63,098 bases of DNA, filler included, from Octopus bimaculoides (GCF_001194135.2; 5 parts of 5 records of this genome joined end to end with filler, not necessarily neighbours in it); one strand, 5' to 3'; shown: positions 24,369 through 37,342, counted from the first letter of the whole stretch. Notes: a model not told the origin generated them from the sequence alone. Made by a program: numbers and translations.

Positions 24369-25229
24369 AGTGAAGAAAGAGTGTGAAGCAATGACAAAAG
24401 AAATAGAACGTTGAAATTATAGGGGAGAGAGAGGGAGAGAGAAAGACAGAGGAGTGATAAAGATTGGGGGGAGGGACATATATACATGTTGCTTTTTGTT
24501 GTTGTTGTTGTTGTTGTTGTTGTTGNNNNNNNNNNNNNNNNNNNNNNNNNNNNNNNNNNNNNNNNNNNNNNNNNNNNNNNNNNNNNNNNNNNNNNNNNNN
24601 NNNNNNNNNNNNNNNNNNNNNNNNNNNNNNNNNNNNNNNNNNNNNNNNNNNNNNNNNNNNNNNNNNNNNNNNNNNNNNNNNNNNNNNNNNNNNNNNNNNN
24701 NNNNNNNNNNNNNNNNNNNNNNNNNNNNNNNNNNNNNNNNNNNNNNNNNNNNNNNNNNNNNNNNNNNNNNNNNNNNNNNNNNNNNNNNNNNNNNNNNNNN
24801 NNNNNNNNNNNNNNNNNNNNNNNNNNNNNNNNNNNNNNNNNNNNNNNNNNNNNNNNNNNNNNNNNNNNNNNNNNNNNNNNNNNNNNNNNNNNNNNNNNNN
24901 NNNNNNNNNNNNNNNNNNNNNNNNNNNNNNNNNNNNNNNNNNNNNNNNNNNNNNNNNNNNNNNNNNNNNNNNNNNNNNNNNNNNNNNNNNNNNNNNNNNN
25001 NNNNNNNNNNNNNNNNNNNNNNNNNNNNNNNNNNNNNNNNNNNNNNNNNNNNNNNNNNNNNNNNNNNNNNNNNNNNNNNNNNNNNNNNNNNNNNNNNTCT
25101 TCCAAGATTTCCAGATAAACTTTCAAATACAAATTAAAGAATATTGAAATACAAAGTAAAAAGTACCATTAAATGATAATATTTTTTTATAATTAGCATT
25201 ATTTTGGCTTTAAAATAATTCTATATCAA

Positions 25230-25300
25230 AAGGCAGAATGGACTCGGTGCCCCAGCATGGCCACAACCTTAGGGCTAAAGCATGTAAAGGAATAAAAGAA
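25230..25300 (+). mobile_element. SINE family B-like 3' tail fragment
   Basis: ggtgccccagcatggccac..taaaggaataaaagaat matches the family B terminus. Confidence 0.6.
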
Positions 25301-25591
25301 TGTGTGTATATATATATATATGTATATATATATATAACAAAACTGTCCAATGAACGGGAACGTGAAACTCCGAGTAACAGTCTTTTGTTATAACACGAAA
25401 CTAGATGAATATACAAACACGAATTTCAATACGAGAAGATGGAATGAAGTATGCGGATTTCCATATGTCTATCCAGATAGCAACTGGTAGCCAATACCCG
25501 AAGAGGAGCTTTGAAAAGCACGCTATAAGGTTGTCACCCAGATAATATTAAAGTGTATGTATGCGTGTGTGTGTGTGTGTGTGTGTACATG

Positions 25592-25747
25592 CATGCGTGG
25601 CTGTGTGGTAAGAAGCTTGCTTCGCAGCCACATGGTTCTGGGTTCAGTCTCACTGCATGGCACCTTGAGCAAGTGTCTTCTACTATAGTCTCGGGCCGAC
25701 CACAGCCTTGTGAGCGGATTTGGTAGACGGAAACTGAAAGAAGCCCG

Positions 25748-25750
<3 letters not shown>
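25592..25750 (+). mobile_element. tRNA/CORE-type SINE, family B, 5' half
   Basis: gtggctgtgtggtaagaagc..gggttcagtc..caccttgagcaagtgtcttc..gaagcccgtcg, then (TG)n. Confidence 0.9.
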
Positions 25751-25804
<54 letters not shown>

Positions 25805-26044
25805 TGAGTGTGCGTGTGTGTGTGTGTAGTTTCTATGTTCATTCCAGCAGTGATAAGGAACGGGAGACCGGGACAAGAAGTTGATATACTCTAGAAGTCT
25901 CTAACTCAGAACTTATACGAGAACGTCTCCCTTGGGTAGATAAGGTTACTTACACATTGCCAACCTCAGCTCTATCTCAAAAAAGAGCGCACGCTCAGAA
26001 GATACACCCTTAACGGACACAACAATAAAACAAAAAGAAGAATA

Positions 26045-26600
26045 TCCTTAACTATTGGAAATTGGAATAAATTCTCTGGAAGATCTGAACAATGAGCAGC
26101 CCTCGTTGTGTGCGAACTTGGAAATTTCAGTGTAGACATTACGGCTCTAAGTAAAACCAGAATTGGTGAGGATTACCTAATTAAGAATGGTAAAGGTTAA
26201 AATTATTTTGGAGTAAGAAGGCTATCTTAAATCAAGCATTCATGGAATTGGTTTTAATTTTGGTAAAAAGAAAGTTCAATATTCTCAATCTATTTCTTAG
26301 ATAATTAACATTTCAATGCCATTGGTGTTTATGTTCCAGCTTTTGTAAATGATAAAGAATACATATCTATGAATCGCTAGCCCTAACCGTACAGTTTGTT
26401 AATTCTGAGGATACTTGAGGGTTTTGATTTTTGTGTCAAAAGGAGCCATGTAATCTTGCCAAATAGCATTGGAAGAAATGGGATACGTGGGTGCAACTTA
26501 AACGGACTTTTGTTTATGGAACTTTATTTGAAATTTAAATTCATTATGACTAATGTTTTCCGTCCAACTCGCTAAAGGCCAACATATTGTTATTATAGTG
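26045..26600 (+). pseudogene. Heavily decayed RTE-type APE endonuclease region
   Basis: Manual translation gives LTIGNWN, ELGNFSVDITALSKTR, YFWS, IHGIGF and IGRNGIRGCNLNGLLFMEL..IMTNVF, matching the RTE APE motif order; many stops and frameshifts. Confidence 0.65.
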
Positions 26601-26959
26601 GAAATCTAGAGACAAAGTGCACGACCCAAAGCTAGAGAAATGAAACCATACGATATATAACATTTACTTCTAACACACTGCAGTTACCCTGATACATGTG
26701 TGCTTTGCAGCTTAATCTGGGAAGGAACAACAACAATCAAGACATTTGTAAAAGCCCTAACCCCCTACTGCTGTGACAAAAGGAATGAGTTTCCTCAGAG
26801 TGAAGACTTGGTTCAAATCCTTATAAAGCTCTGTTAAGGCAGATGTTGGGTTCGGCCGGGCGACATGTTAAGTCAGCCACTTAATTTGGGCTAAAGTCTT
26901 TCCGACAATTTACTACAAAATTTCCGGGTATCCCATATCATTCAGAAGGCTTGCGTCAG

Positions 26960-27050
26960 TTATGGCACATTTTCTCAAAGTGGCGTGCACTAAGATCGAA
27001 GTTGGTACCAAATGATAACGGAACAAACATCTGAACCACATGACCATATC
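26960..27050 (-). mobile_element. Diverged SINE family B head
   Basis: cattttctcaaagtggcgtgcactaagatcgaa..ctgaaccacatgacca aligns loosely to the family B head in reverse. Confidence 0.45.
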
Positions 27051-27557
27051 GTGCTGCATCGAAATAATTCGGTGTAGAGTTTAATGTATCAGTTGCTCCT
27101 GTAAATTAATTTGATAAAAGAACAAAGACTGTCGCAGAAGTAACGCTTCTGTTGTCGGGGCAGGAGGAAAAGTGTGTGATGCAATGAAAACGCTTCACCA
27201 GGCAACACGAACAATTGTAATGAAAATCTGAATTGCTCCTTTAATGTGGATCTTTTTTTTCTTTTTTTGTTCTTTGCTGTAGTGAAACAATACACATTCC
27301 TTGCAATAAAATACAATAAAGTGTAAAATAACGCAATAAAAATGTATTCGTAGAAATGCGAGAGACAATTTGCTACATTTGTAGATTGAAGAAGACCATC
27401 CCGTTAGTTGAGAATTAATCAATGAAGGAAGGAAAAAAAAAAGACGAATAATTTTAACAATTTTAAATAATTACAAATGACAAGACTATGACTTATTGAT
27501 TAAGTGAATGGCTTTCTAGGACACTTGAATATTCATTATTATTATTATTGTTGTTGT

Positions 27558-27595
<38 letters not shown>

Positions 27596-27653
27596 TTGTT
27601 GTTGTTGTTATTGTTATTATTACTATTACTATTATTATTACTACTACTACTAC

Positions 27654-27713
<60 letters not shown>

Positions 27714-27714
<1 letters not shown>

Positions 27715-28249
27715 GCCATCAAAGTGTCACTGGGGTAAAATATACGAAGCCCATTATACCCATCATGACTACCCGTCTGATAAGGGTACACCAGGCACAT
27801 GCATCACAACCATATGTGCGCGACATGGTGATCTCATATCAAGATAAACAGCGCATGACCTCGCAGGTGGGGCCCAGTTAGAATTTTTTTCAGGTCGAGT
27901 AGCCCATCCAGCTCAAAAGGTTTCTGAATAAGGTTTGTTTAAGAATGTTGAGCAAAACACCCATGTTTCCAAAGGTGAATTATTCAACCCCCAAAGAATT
28001 CCTCTCAACACATGGCTATGATGACCCCCACAACACTTGCCTGTGATCAGAGATGCACATATCGTCAGCCACCAAAGGACATGCTCAACTGGTTATGGTC
28101 AAACAACTGACAAGCAAATCTGTGGTATTAAGCAGAATATTTGCTGTAGCCCATCTTTTTATACCAAGACAAAATAATGTACATGATAACACTTCCAATC
28201 AATTAAGATCAGAAGCCATGAGAACCACTGCCTGGTACTGCATCCGGGC

Positions 28250-28251
<2 letters not shown>
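27714..28251. mobile_element. Unclassified ~540-bp interspersed repeat embedded in (TTA)n
   Basis: Complex sequence with sharp boundaries against TTA arrays on both sides, no ORF and no tRNA A/B boxes. Recalled as a high-copy Octopus repeat (not verified). Confidence 0.6.
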
Positions 28252-28317
<66 letters not shown>

Positions 28318-28319
28318 GA

Positions 28320-28595
28320 CATTTGATAGTTTCAGGCAGGTTTCTACTGCATCACGTGCTGCTACACCTCCGTGTTGCTGAGGTGTGTGCAACATTGTGT
28401 GTTCTTTTTTGCAGTTGGGGAGTGCAAACTCTTCCCGGTACTGTATTGCATCCGTTTGTTTTGTTATGGAAATTGGTTGTAGTCTCTTGCGGTGCAAGTG
28501 TTTGTACTGCGTGTTGTGTGTGTAATGCGAGTTGTGGTCTTCTACTGGGTATCCGGCCTGTAGAGTACATGTTGTGGAGGCTGCTTATTTCACTG
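28320..28595 (-). mobile_element. Possible 5' portion of a Dong-like non-LTR element
   Basis: Minus-strand A/C-rich ORF MYSTGRIPSRRPQ.. adjoining a TTA array, similar in composition to the 5' part of 18749-19480; no diagnostic domain. Confidence 0.25.
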
Positions 28596-28604
28596 GATAT
28601 TTAC

Positions 28605-28816
28605 TGTGAGCTGGCAGAATCATTAGCACGCTGAACGAAATGCTTAGCGGCATTTCGTCCATCTTTACCTTCTGAGTTCAAATTCTGCTGAGGTCGACTC
28701 TGTCTTTCATCGTCTCGGGATCGCTAAAACAAGTACCAGTTGAGCACTGGCAGTGATGCAATCGACTTACCCTCATTCTCGGAATTGCTGGCCTTGAGCC
28801 AAAAATTTGAAATCAT
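28605..28816 (+). mobile_element. tRNA-derived SINE, family A
   Basis: gagctggcagaatcattagc A box, gagttcaaattc B box, family body and tail. Confidence 0.9.
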
Positions 28817-28847
28817 TATCATTATTATTGTTGCTATTATAATACTA

Positions 28848-28990
28848 GGTGGTTTCAAATTCCACCGAGGTCAACTTTGCCTTTCACCCTTTCGGGATCG
28901 ATAAAATAAGTACCAGTTGAACGCTGGAGTCGATGTAATCGACTAATCCCCTCCCCAAAATTGCTGCCCTTGTGGCAAAATTTGAAACCA
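28848..28990 (+). mobile_element. tRNA-derived SINE, family A, 5'-truncated
   Basis: tttcaaattccaccgaggtcaactttgcc..gcccttgtggcaaaatttgaaacc. Confidence 0.9.
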
Positions 28991-29445
28991 TTGTTGTATG
29001 AGGTGGTATACTACTAGTCGCAGTGTGATTCATCATAAACTAAGCCAAGTAATGACAGATTTCTGTGGCCGACTTGGTTATAAATTAAGGAAGTAGTTTT
29101 ATATGTTGTGTTTATGTGCAATATGTCTTCATACAATGTAATAGATTTTTAGCGTATGTTCGTTAAATTCTCTTTGCAGTTTTTTGTATTCAGTTTATGG
29201 GATGGACAATGACGCCAAATGGCTAATTCTACTTTCGTTTCTGCTGCTGCTGTTGTTGTTGTTGCTAATTCTACTATTGTTGTTAAATTTACTGCTTCTG
29301 CAACTACTGTTGTTCTTGTGTTTTTTGTTTTTGTTTTTGTTTTTTTTTGTTTGTTTTTTTTGTTTTTTTGTTTTTTTGTTAAATTACTACTACTATTGAT
29401 GCTGAAACTTTGTATGTATCGTAACTTTAACATCTTTTTGGTGAA

Positions 29446-29657
29446 GTAGCGGAATTATTAGAAAATCAAAAACAATGCCTTTCAGTATTTTTACCCTGCT
29501 TTTTTACGTTTGAGTTCAAATCCTTCGGAGGTCATCTTTGCCTTTCATCCCTCGAGGATCGATAAAAAATGAAGTACCCATCAGTACTGGGGTAGGTTGT
29601 ATCGACAAATACTCTCCCCTCAAAACTGTTGGCCTTGTGTCTAAATCAGAAACCATT
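29446..29657 (+). mobile_element. tRNA-derived SINE, family A (diverged)
   Basis: gagttcaaatcc B box, gaggtcatctttgcctttcatcc, gaagtacc..actggggt. Confidence 0.8.
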
Positions 29658-29717
29658 ATATTGCTTGGACTTTGTGATAGCTTTTTACATCAAACCATTC
29701 ATTTATTTTGTGTAAGT

Positions 29718-29784
29718 TCGGCTGTGTGTGGTAAGATGCTTGCTTCCCAACCACATGGTTCTGGGCTCAGTCCCACAGCGTGGT
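29718..29784 (+). mobile_element. SINE family B tRNA head only
   Basis: ggctgtgtgtggtaagatgcttgcttcccaaccacatggttctgggctcagtcccac. Confidence 0.8.
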
Positions 29785-29869
29785 GTGTGTGTGTAGTTCA
29801 GATTCACAGAAAACAAAAACGATGACAGGTAAGAGAACAACGGGCAGGTGTATTAGTTTTGACACGTGT

Positions 29870-30075
29870 ATTTTTTCTTTTATTCTTTTACTTGTTGCAA
29901 TCATTTGACTGCGGCCATCCTGGAGCACCGCCTTTAGTTGAACAAATCGACCGCAGGGCTTATTCTCTGTAAGCCTAGTACTTATTCTATCGGTCTCTTT
30001 TTGCCGAACTGCTAAGTGACAGGATCGTAAACACAGCAACATCGATTGTCAAGCGATGGTGGGGGGAACAAACAC
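29870..30075 (-). mobile_element. SINE family B, 3' half
   Basis: cttgttgcaatcatttgactgcggcc..gagcaccgcc..cctagtacttattctatcggtctc..gtcaagcgatggtggggg. Confidence 0.88.
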
Positions 30076-30092
30076 AAACACACACATACACC

Positions 30093-30130
<38 letters not shown>

Positions 30131-30319
30131 GTGTGTTTGTTAACAAGATCTCAGATGTCATTATTGTTTGTAAACATAAATATTTATCAACTTTTTAATT
30201 TTTTTCCAAAAGTAATTAGTTCATATAATTTTAACCTAGTATTTGGATTCATCTTAAAATACTTTTATCTGTAGCTTCATAATTTATTTAAACATGTAAT
30301 TTTAGCTCTTATTATAGCA

Positions 30320-32990
30320 TCCGCCTGAACAGTGTGTTCTGACGGTAAAAAACTGAACGCATATTCGCTCCCGTGTGAGTTTATAAGAAAGTTATATTTA
30401 TTGAACTGTTATTCGTTGAACTAGCTGCTGCTAGCGGCGTTTGTGTACGCTTCCCCCTTGTTCGAAGGGAATTGTTAAAAAAAAAATGGAATTTGAAAGC
30501 CTTAGCTCTTCAGGGCCTTCTGAGGGAGAAATTGTGTCTCCCCCCAAAAATGTTAAGCTCTGTGAAGGAGCAAGGAAANNNNNNNNNNNNNNNNNNNNNN
30601 NNNNNNNNNNNNNNNNNNNNNNNNNNNNNNNNNNNNNNNNNNNNNNNNNNNNNNNNNNNNNNNNNNNNNNNNNNNNNNNNNNNNNNNNNNNNNNNNNNNN
30701 NNNNNNNNNNNNNNNNNNNNNNNNNNNNNNNNNNNNNNNNNNNNNNNNNNNNNNNNNNNNNNNNNNNNNNNNNNNNNNNNNNNNNNNNNNNNNNNNNNNN
30801 NNNNNNNNNNNNNNNNNNNNNNNNNNNNNNNNNNNNNNNNNNNNNNNNNNNNNNNNNNNNNNNNNNNNNNNNNNNNNNNNNNNNNNNNNNNNNNNNNNNN
30901 NNNNNNNNNNNNNNNNNNNNNNNNNNNNNNNNNNNNNNNNNNNNNNNNNNNNNNNNNNNNNNNNNNNNNNNNNNNNNNNNNNNNNNNNNNNNNNNNNNNN
31001 NNNNNNNNNNNNNNNNNNNNNNNNNNNNNNNNNNNNNNNNNNNNNNNNNNNNNNNNNNNNNNNNNNNNNNNNNNNNNNNNNNNNNNNNNNNNNNNNNNNN
31101 NNNNNNNNNNNNNNNNNNNNNNNNNNNNNNNNNNNNNNNNNNNNNNNNNNNNNNNNNNNNNNNNNNNNNNNNNNNNNNNNNNNNNNNNNNNNNNNNNNNN
31201 NNNNNNNNNNNNNNNNNNNNNNNNNNNNNNNNNNNNNNNNNNNNNNNNNNNNNNNNNNNNNNNNNNNNNNNNNNNNNNNNNNNNNNNNNNNNNNNNNNNN
31301 NNNNNNNNNNNNNNNNNNNNNNNNNNNNNNNNNNNNNNNNNNNNNNNNNNNNNNNNNNNNNNNNNNNNNNNNNNNNNNNNNNNNNNNNNNNNNNNNNNNN
31401 NNNNNNNNNNNNNNNCACGGTGCTACAAATGTGGCCAAAAAGGTCATATCAGGGCCAAGTGTACTCCTCCTCCCAAGAAGGCAACGACGCCCCCACCTGC
31501 TTCCGAAACAACAAAAGCCAAAGCATCAGCTCCAACACATCGGCAGCAGAGCCTCCAGCACCACCAACAACATCCCTGTCGGAGGACGAAGAAGACATCC
31601 GAAATTGGACTGTAGTAAAAAGCAAAAGGCAAAATCTTCCCCACAAGCCCCAGTACCCCGAAAAAGAAAACCCCAAGACCCAATCCCCGCCCGACCTCAA
31701 ACCCCGACACGAACTTAATGGCCATTAACCCCAACAACAAAAAGTTAATAACAAAAATAAAAACAATTCACACTGCAATACAACATCCGATGAACACCCC
31801 CAAACATATTGTTATATACCAAATTGATAGCGCAAACTATTTGGAACTTAAAAAGGAGTTCCAAGATGACGTAGGCCCTCTGAAGAAAGATTTTTTCCTC
31901 AAATTTATGAAGGCCGCATCATAGAGACCTCACAAGCCCCAAATTAAAAATAACGAGATGGGCGTTAGCCCATCTCCATCCAAGGTAAGAGTTTTCTTCA
32001 CGTTTACACTTAACGTAGGGTGTTTAAATGTTCGTGGCCCGAGGTCGAATTGGAAACAAGAGCGTTTCCTCAATAACCTCAGGTCGCATAGATTGGATGT
32101 GATAGTAGTTAAAGAAACCTGGCTGAATGGACCGAGAGCCTTTTCTCCCCTCCTAAACGGCTATGAGAAATTTATATCTCCAGGCTAACCTGGAAGGGGG
32201 GGAGGGGTGTCGGAGTTCTGTTCAGGTAAAATCTGGGTTTAGAGATAAGAGTAATCTTTGTTGATCCGGAAGGCAGGCTGTTCGTCCTGGATGTGACGCA
32301 CAGCAGTAGTAAGCCGTTCAGGCTGGTGGCTGTTTATGCCCCCATGCATGCTGGACAGTCGGACTATTTTCGAGGCCTAGAGAAATTCCTAGGTACGTCA
32401 CACCCCTTAGTGTTGTTAGGGGACTTTAACTCAATCTACGATGCACGCGTATATTGTGTTGGCTCGTGCACGGATAGAAGGGGAAACCCGTGCCTCCTCG
32501 ATCTGCTTAGGCATTTTCAGCTGGCAGATAGGTATAGACTAGAACACCCGGACGCTCCATTGTAGACATGGGTGAATAGCGACGGGTCTTCTAGGTCTTA
32601 TTTAGGCAGGTTATTCGTTAGGAAAATAGATAAAGATTGAGTTAGGTATCCACAGTTCCATTACGTCATCTACAGTGATCACAAACTTGTGATCTGTAAG
32701 TTTGACTTAGATAAGTTATGTAGGCAAGGTCCCAGCTACTGGAAACTCAACAAGTCCTTGTGGTTGATGAAGAGTACAGGAGTCGGATTAGGTTGCTAGT
32801 GATGAGGGCATTATAAACAACAATTGGTGGTATGCCCTCAAAAGAGTCATAAAGTTCGAATCCATTAGATATAGCAAAGCGTTCGTTAGTCGCTAAGAAA
32901 AATAGAATAGAAAGGAACTTAACTAAGGACTTAGAAGAGGCACTGAAGTCTGGCTCTGCATCCCGAGTTTTGGTGGCGAGATTGGTTCTA
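30320..32990 (+). mobile_element. Tx1-type non-LTR retrotransposon, 5' part (ORF1 relic plus ORF2 APE), 3'-truncated
   Basis: ORF1 start MEFESLSSSGPSEGEIVSPPK (837-N gap inside). ORF2 from 31958: LNVGCLNVRG..LDVIVVKETW, RLVAVYAP..LLGDFN, TW.N, SDHKLV, GPSYWKLN. Stops and frameshifts; no RT. The 5' boundary is approximate. Confidence 0.85.
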
Positions 32991-33004
32991 TATTGTTTAG
33001 GAAC

Positions 33005-33290
33005 AATATATTTAAATGTATTTTAATAATTGTGTTTTAAATACGTTTAACTAAATGTGTGTTGACTGTGTTTTAGATAAATATAATTCAACTAAATGTG
33101 TTTTAGGTAAATATATTTTAACTGTTTTAGATCAACGTGCTTTTTACTAAGTGGATAAAATTTAGTTTAGATAACTGTCTAAAAACTAAATGCGTTTTAA
33201 CTGTTTTAAATAATATATTTTAGATAAAATATGATTTAGAGAAATGTATTTCAAGTAAATTGTGATTCAACTAAATGTATTTTGGAAATT
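33005..33290. repeat. AT-rich degenerate minisatellite (aactaaatgtgtttt-like units)
   Basis: The motifs aactaaatg(t/c)g and ttttagataa recur at irregular spacing. Confidence 0.7.
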
Positions 33291-33734
33291 TTTGCTTTGA
33301 CTATTTCAGAAGAGACTAGGTTGGGGATCACTGATAAATTGTTTTTTGATCATACGTCTAGTCTATCAAGGCTGGCCTAGGGTTACAGAACAAAAATTAC
33401 TACTTCTAATACTACTACTATAATTATTAGTTGCAAGCTGCATCTTGTAAAATAGCAACAGATGGTTAACGACAGATCATGATGATGATGACAATGATGA
33501 GGTGGAGGGGGACGAAGACAACGACCACGATAGTATATTACTAAGTGAAGCAGCTGGGTTTGCACAGAGACGTGTGTCAGGAAGAAAGAGAAAGAAACGC
33601 TATAGCCACTGAAGCGACAGCAGATAGTGAAAGACTTTTGTTGCCTCAGATCCAGTTGTGCTTTTCCTTCCTTCTTTGTTCTTCCTTTTCTTTGTTTCTT
33701 TTTTTTAATTGTGTGTGTGTGTGTGTGTGTGTGT

Positions 33735-33834
33735 NNNNNNNNNNNNNNNNNNNNNNNNNNNNNNNNNNNNNNNNNNNNTTAATTAATTAANNNNNNNNNN
33801 NNNNNNNNNNNNNNNNNNNNNNNNNNNNNNNNNN
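33735..33834. other. Artificial scaffold join spacer
   Basis: 44N-TTAATTAATTAA-44N. Confidence 0.9.
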
Positions 33835-34209
33835 AACTCTAAAACAAAATAAACTGAATTTTTTTTTAAAATAAACTAATAACTGAATTGATTAAACTAT
33901 ACACACGTGTATCTCAAATGTAAATATATCAGAAATAACAGTGACAAACTAAATATAAACCGCCGGAACGTCCTGTTGACGAACCACAGCAGTAATTGTT
34001 TTCACCTCAATAGACGTCATTGATTGGTTGAAATTACCGAAATACGACAGCTTTAACCCGAAATAACTTCGAAAATAAAGAATTTTCTTAAAAACGCCAA
34101 AAGTAAATGATGTTTTAAATGACACATTCTACCAGTATACGAAATTTGAAAGTGTTTAGTTACAAAAAATTATATTTTTCTTTGTGCCGGCCAAAAGGAA
34201 AAGATCCCA
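33835..34209. mobile_element. Probable non-autonomous DNA transposon (MITE) arm ending ..aaaagatccc
   Basis: Complex AT-rich sequence recalled as an Octopus repeat with GGG-type termini; the other end is lost in the join. Confidence 0.3.
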
Positions 34210-34399
34210 ACAGACTCCACAACAGTTATTTAAAACGGTATATCACTCGGCAACTGCATGAGTCAACCTGCCTATGACCTTTGAAACATATGCGTCCTGG
34301 CGGAACTTATACTACTGCTGTTTTTCGATCACGTCGATCACTCCACACCCTTCGCGAATTACATTTCCGACATGCTCTCACGACTATATTGCTAGCATG

Positions 34400-34580
34400 G
34401 ATCTTTCTATGGCCCTTTACATGAAAACAGAATACATCGATCCGAAAATGTAACACAAAGCCAAATAGACCAAGGAAGCAATAAAATCGAGGAGATAAAG
34501 GAGTACACCTACTTGGAGAACACAGTGAATATGCGCCAAGGCATCAACACTGAAATCTCAAAGCAAAACTGAGCAAGACC
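34400..34580 (+). pseudogene. Decayed LINE RT thumb fragment
   Basis: IEEIKEYTYLENTV....INTEISK resembles the LE.VE.F.YLGS......EI..RI motif. Confidence 0.45.
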
Positions 34581-35405
34581 CTACATGCCAGTCTCTTCAA
34601 TATCCTTCATATGAAAGTGAGACTTGAGCTACTTGGAATGATATACATTGTTCGTCTACGACGCAAAATATTTGTATATGTAATCATTATAGCATTATTA
34701 TTATTTTGTGCTCCCGGCCTATCTTTGAAATATTTTGGATTATTTTACATTCTTCTGGCTCATCGTTTTTCATATTCTAGGTACTATAGTTATTTACCAA
34801 CATCCCCATGTGAACTTTTATACTGTAACTTTGTTACATCTTATTTCAAATTATTAGAGCTATCCCTCGTCTCTTTTTCATTATATAGATTTTTGTGGCG
34901 TTCAGATAATTTTGCACACTTCTCTTTAATATACTCCAATACTCTAGTTAATTGTAACCACATACTTAGTCATTAGTAATAATTCACTGTTATGCCTAAT
35001 TTAACCATTTACACATAATCACTTCTGCCAACTTCCTATGTCTTGCACATTATGAATTTTAAATAAACCAATTACAATTTCGAATTTATATACTGAGATC
35101 ACGCCTATAACTAAATTAAAGACATAACACTGATAGAAATATTTCCGCTCGCTCACATCATAAATCTTAAATTTATCTAATGTTTCTTTCACTAGATATT
35201 CATATACAGAAAGCACGGAATTAAAGTCTAGACTGCATATATTAACTTTATAGAAATCTGTCTTCTCGCGATAAGAACATAACAGTTAAAACTAACCCTT
35301 ACGTTTATAATTTAATCTTCTCAAAACTGTAATACGTAACTTTAAACAGTAAATCAATACTTAGCCGTATAAAAATCTATTACTGGCACTAGATTCCTTA
35401 TGTAG

Positions 35406-35453
<48 letters not shown>

Positions 35454-37302
35454 GCCCGCGTGTGTGCGTGCGTGTGTATTTTCCCCATATGAAACCAGAT
35501 GCTTACGTAAAAGGGTATGAAATGGGCTAACGAAATATTGGGAATTGATGGTATATGCATGTGTCTATGGGTGCGCGAGTGAACAGGGTATATATCTGCA
35601 AATATATTTAAACATTGACATACAATGACACACTCACATTTATGTACACCTATGCCCAGAAACTCTTGTACACTTCCAAAACTATACGCGCATGCACACA
35701 CAGGCATATACAAACACGCATACATACAAATACATGAAGACACAAACACAAATAAACATACATGCAGATGTATATTCCCACAACATACACATTCGTAAGA
35801 AGATAAACTCTCCTGCAACGAAATCACAGACACAATTACATACACAAATGCAGAATCCCGATTGATCCCTGGACACACGCACACATACTGCACTTCATAC
35901 ACACGTGCACGTGCACACATATATACACACAAACACGCACACACACACACGTACATACACGCACATACCACGCACACACAGGCGCACATACACACACATA
36001 CATACACGTACATACCACACACGCACGCACACGCACACAAACACACACGCACACATACACACACACACGAGACATCACGAGCTACTAACAAGGACAGATG
36101 TTTCCGTCATGCACTGTTTAGTAATTTAATGATACATTTTTTGATTTAGGTAATATCTTTATATTTCCCCCAAAATACCAGTCGTAATGGTAGTGACAGT
36201 AATAATGATAACGAAGATCACGGTAGTGGCAATGATGATGATGATGATGATGAGAAGGAGGAGGAGGGGGAGGAGGAGGAGAAGGAAGAGGGAGCGGGCG
36301 GGGGCGGGGGAATTTGAACTCCCTATAAACAATATTTGCCTGCAATTAATATATCATAAACATACACATAAGCACACACACCTATCCACACAGACACACA
36401 CACACAGAAATGCGTAGTTTCTTCNNNNNNNNNNNNNNNNNNNNNNNNNNNNNNNNNNNNNNNNNNNNNNNNNNNNNNNNNNNNNNNNNNNNNNNNNNNN
36501 NNNNNNNNNNNNNNNNNNNNNNNNNNNNNNNNNNNNNNNNNNNNNNNNNNNNNNNNNNNNNNNNNNNNNNNNNNNNNNNNNNNNNNNNNNNNNNNNNNNN
36601 NNNNNNNNNNNNNNNNNNNNNNNNNNNNNNNNNNNNNNNNNNNNNNNNNNNNNNNNNNNNNNNNNNNNNNNNNNNNNNNNNNNNNNNNNNNNNNNNNNNN
36701 NNNNNNNNNNNNNNNNNNNNNNNNNNNNNNNNNNNNNNNNNNNNNNNNNNNNNNNNNNNNNNNNNNNNNNNNNNNNNNNNNNNNNNNNNNNNNNNNNNNN
36801 NNNNNNNNNNNNNNNNNNNNNNNNNNNNNNNNNNNNNNNNNNNNNNNNNNNNNNNNNNNNNNNNNNNNNNNNNNNNNNNNNNNNNNNNNNNNNNNNNNNN
36901 NNNNNNNNNNNNNNNNNNNNNNNNNNNNNNNNNNNNNNNNNNNNNNNNNNNNNNNNNNNNNNNNNNNNNNNNNNNNNNNNNNNNNNNNNNNNNNNNNNNN
37001 NNNNNNNNNNNNNNNNNNNNNNNNNNNNNNNNNNNNNNNNNNNNNNNNNNNNNNNNNNNNNNNNNNNNNNNNNNNNNNNNNNNNNNNNNNNNNNNNNNNN
37101 NNNNNNNNNNNNNNNNNNNNNNNNNNNNNNNNNNNNNNNNNNNNNNNNNNNNNNNNNNNNNNNNNNNNNNNNNNNNNNNNNNNNNNNNNNNNNNNNNNNN
37201 NNNNNNNNNNNNNNNNNNNNNNNNNNNNNNNNNNNNNNNNNNNNNNNNNNNNNNNNNNNNNNNNNNNNNNNNNNNNNNNNNNNNNNNNNNNNNNNNNNNN
37301 NN

Positions 37303-37342
<40 letters not shown>

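Noticed and set aside
28040-28110. HDV-like ribozyme fit on the minus strand (P1 gtcagtt/ggctgac)
   Set aside because: P3 does not pair and L3 lacks the conserved G; only P1 fits.
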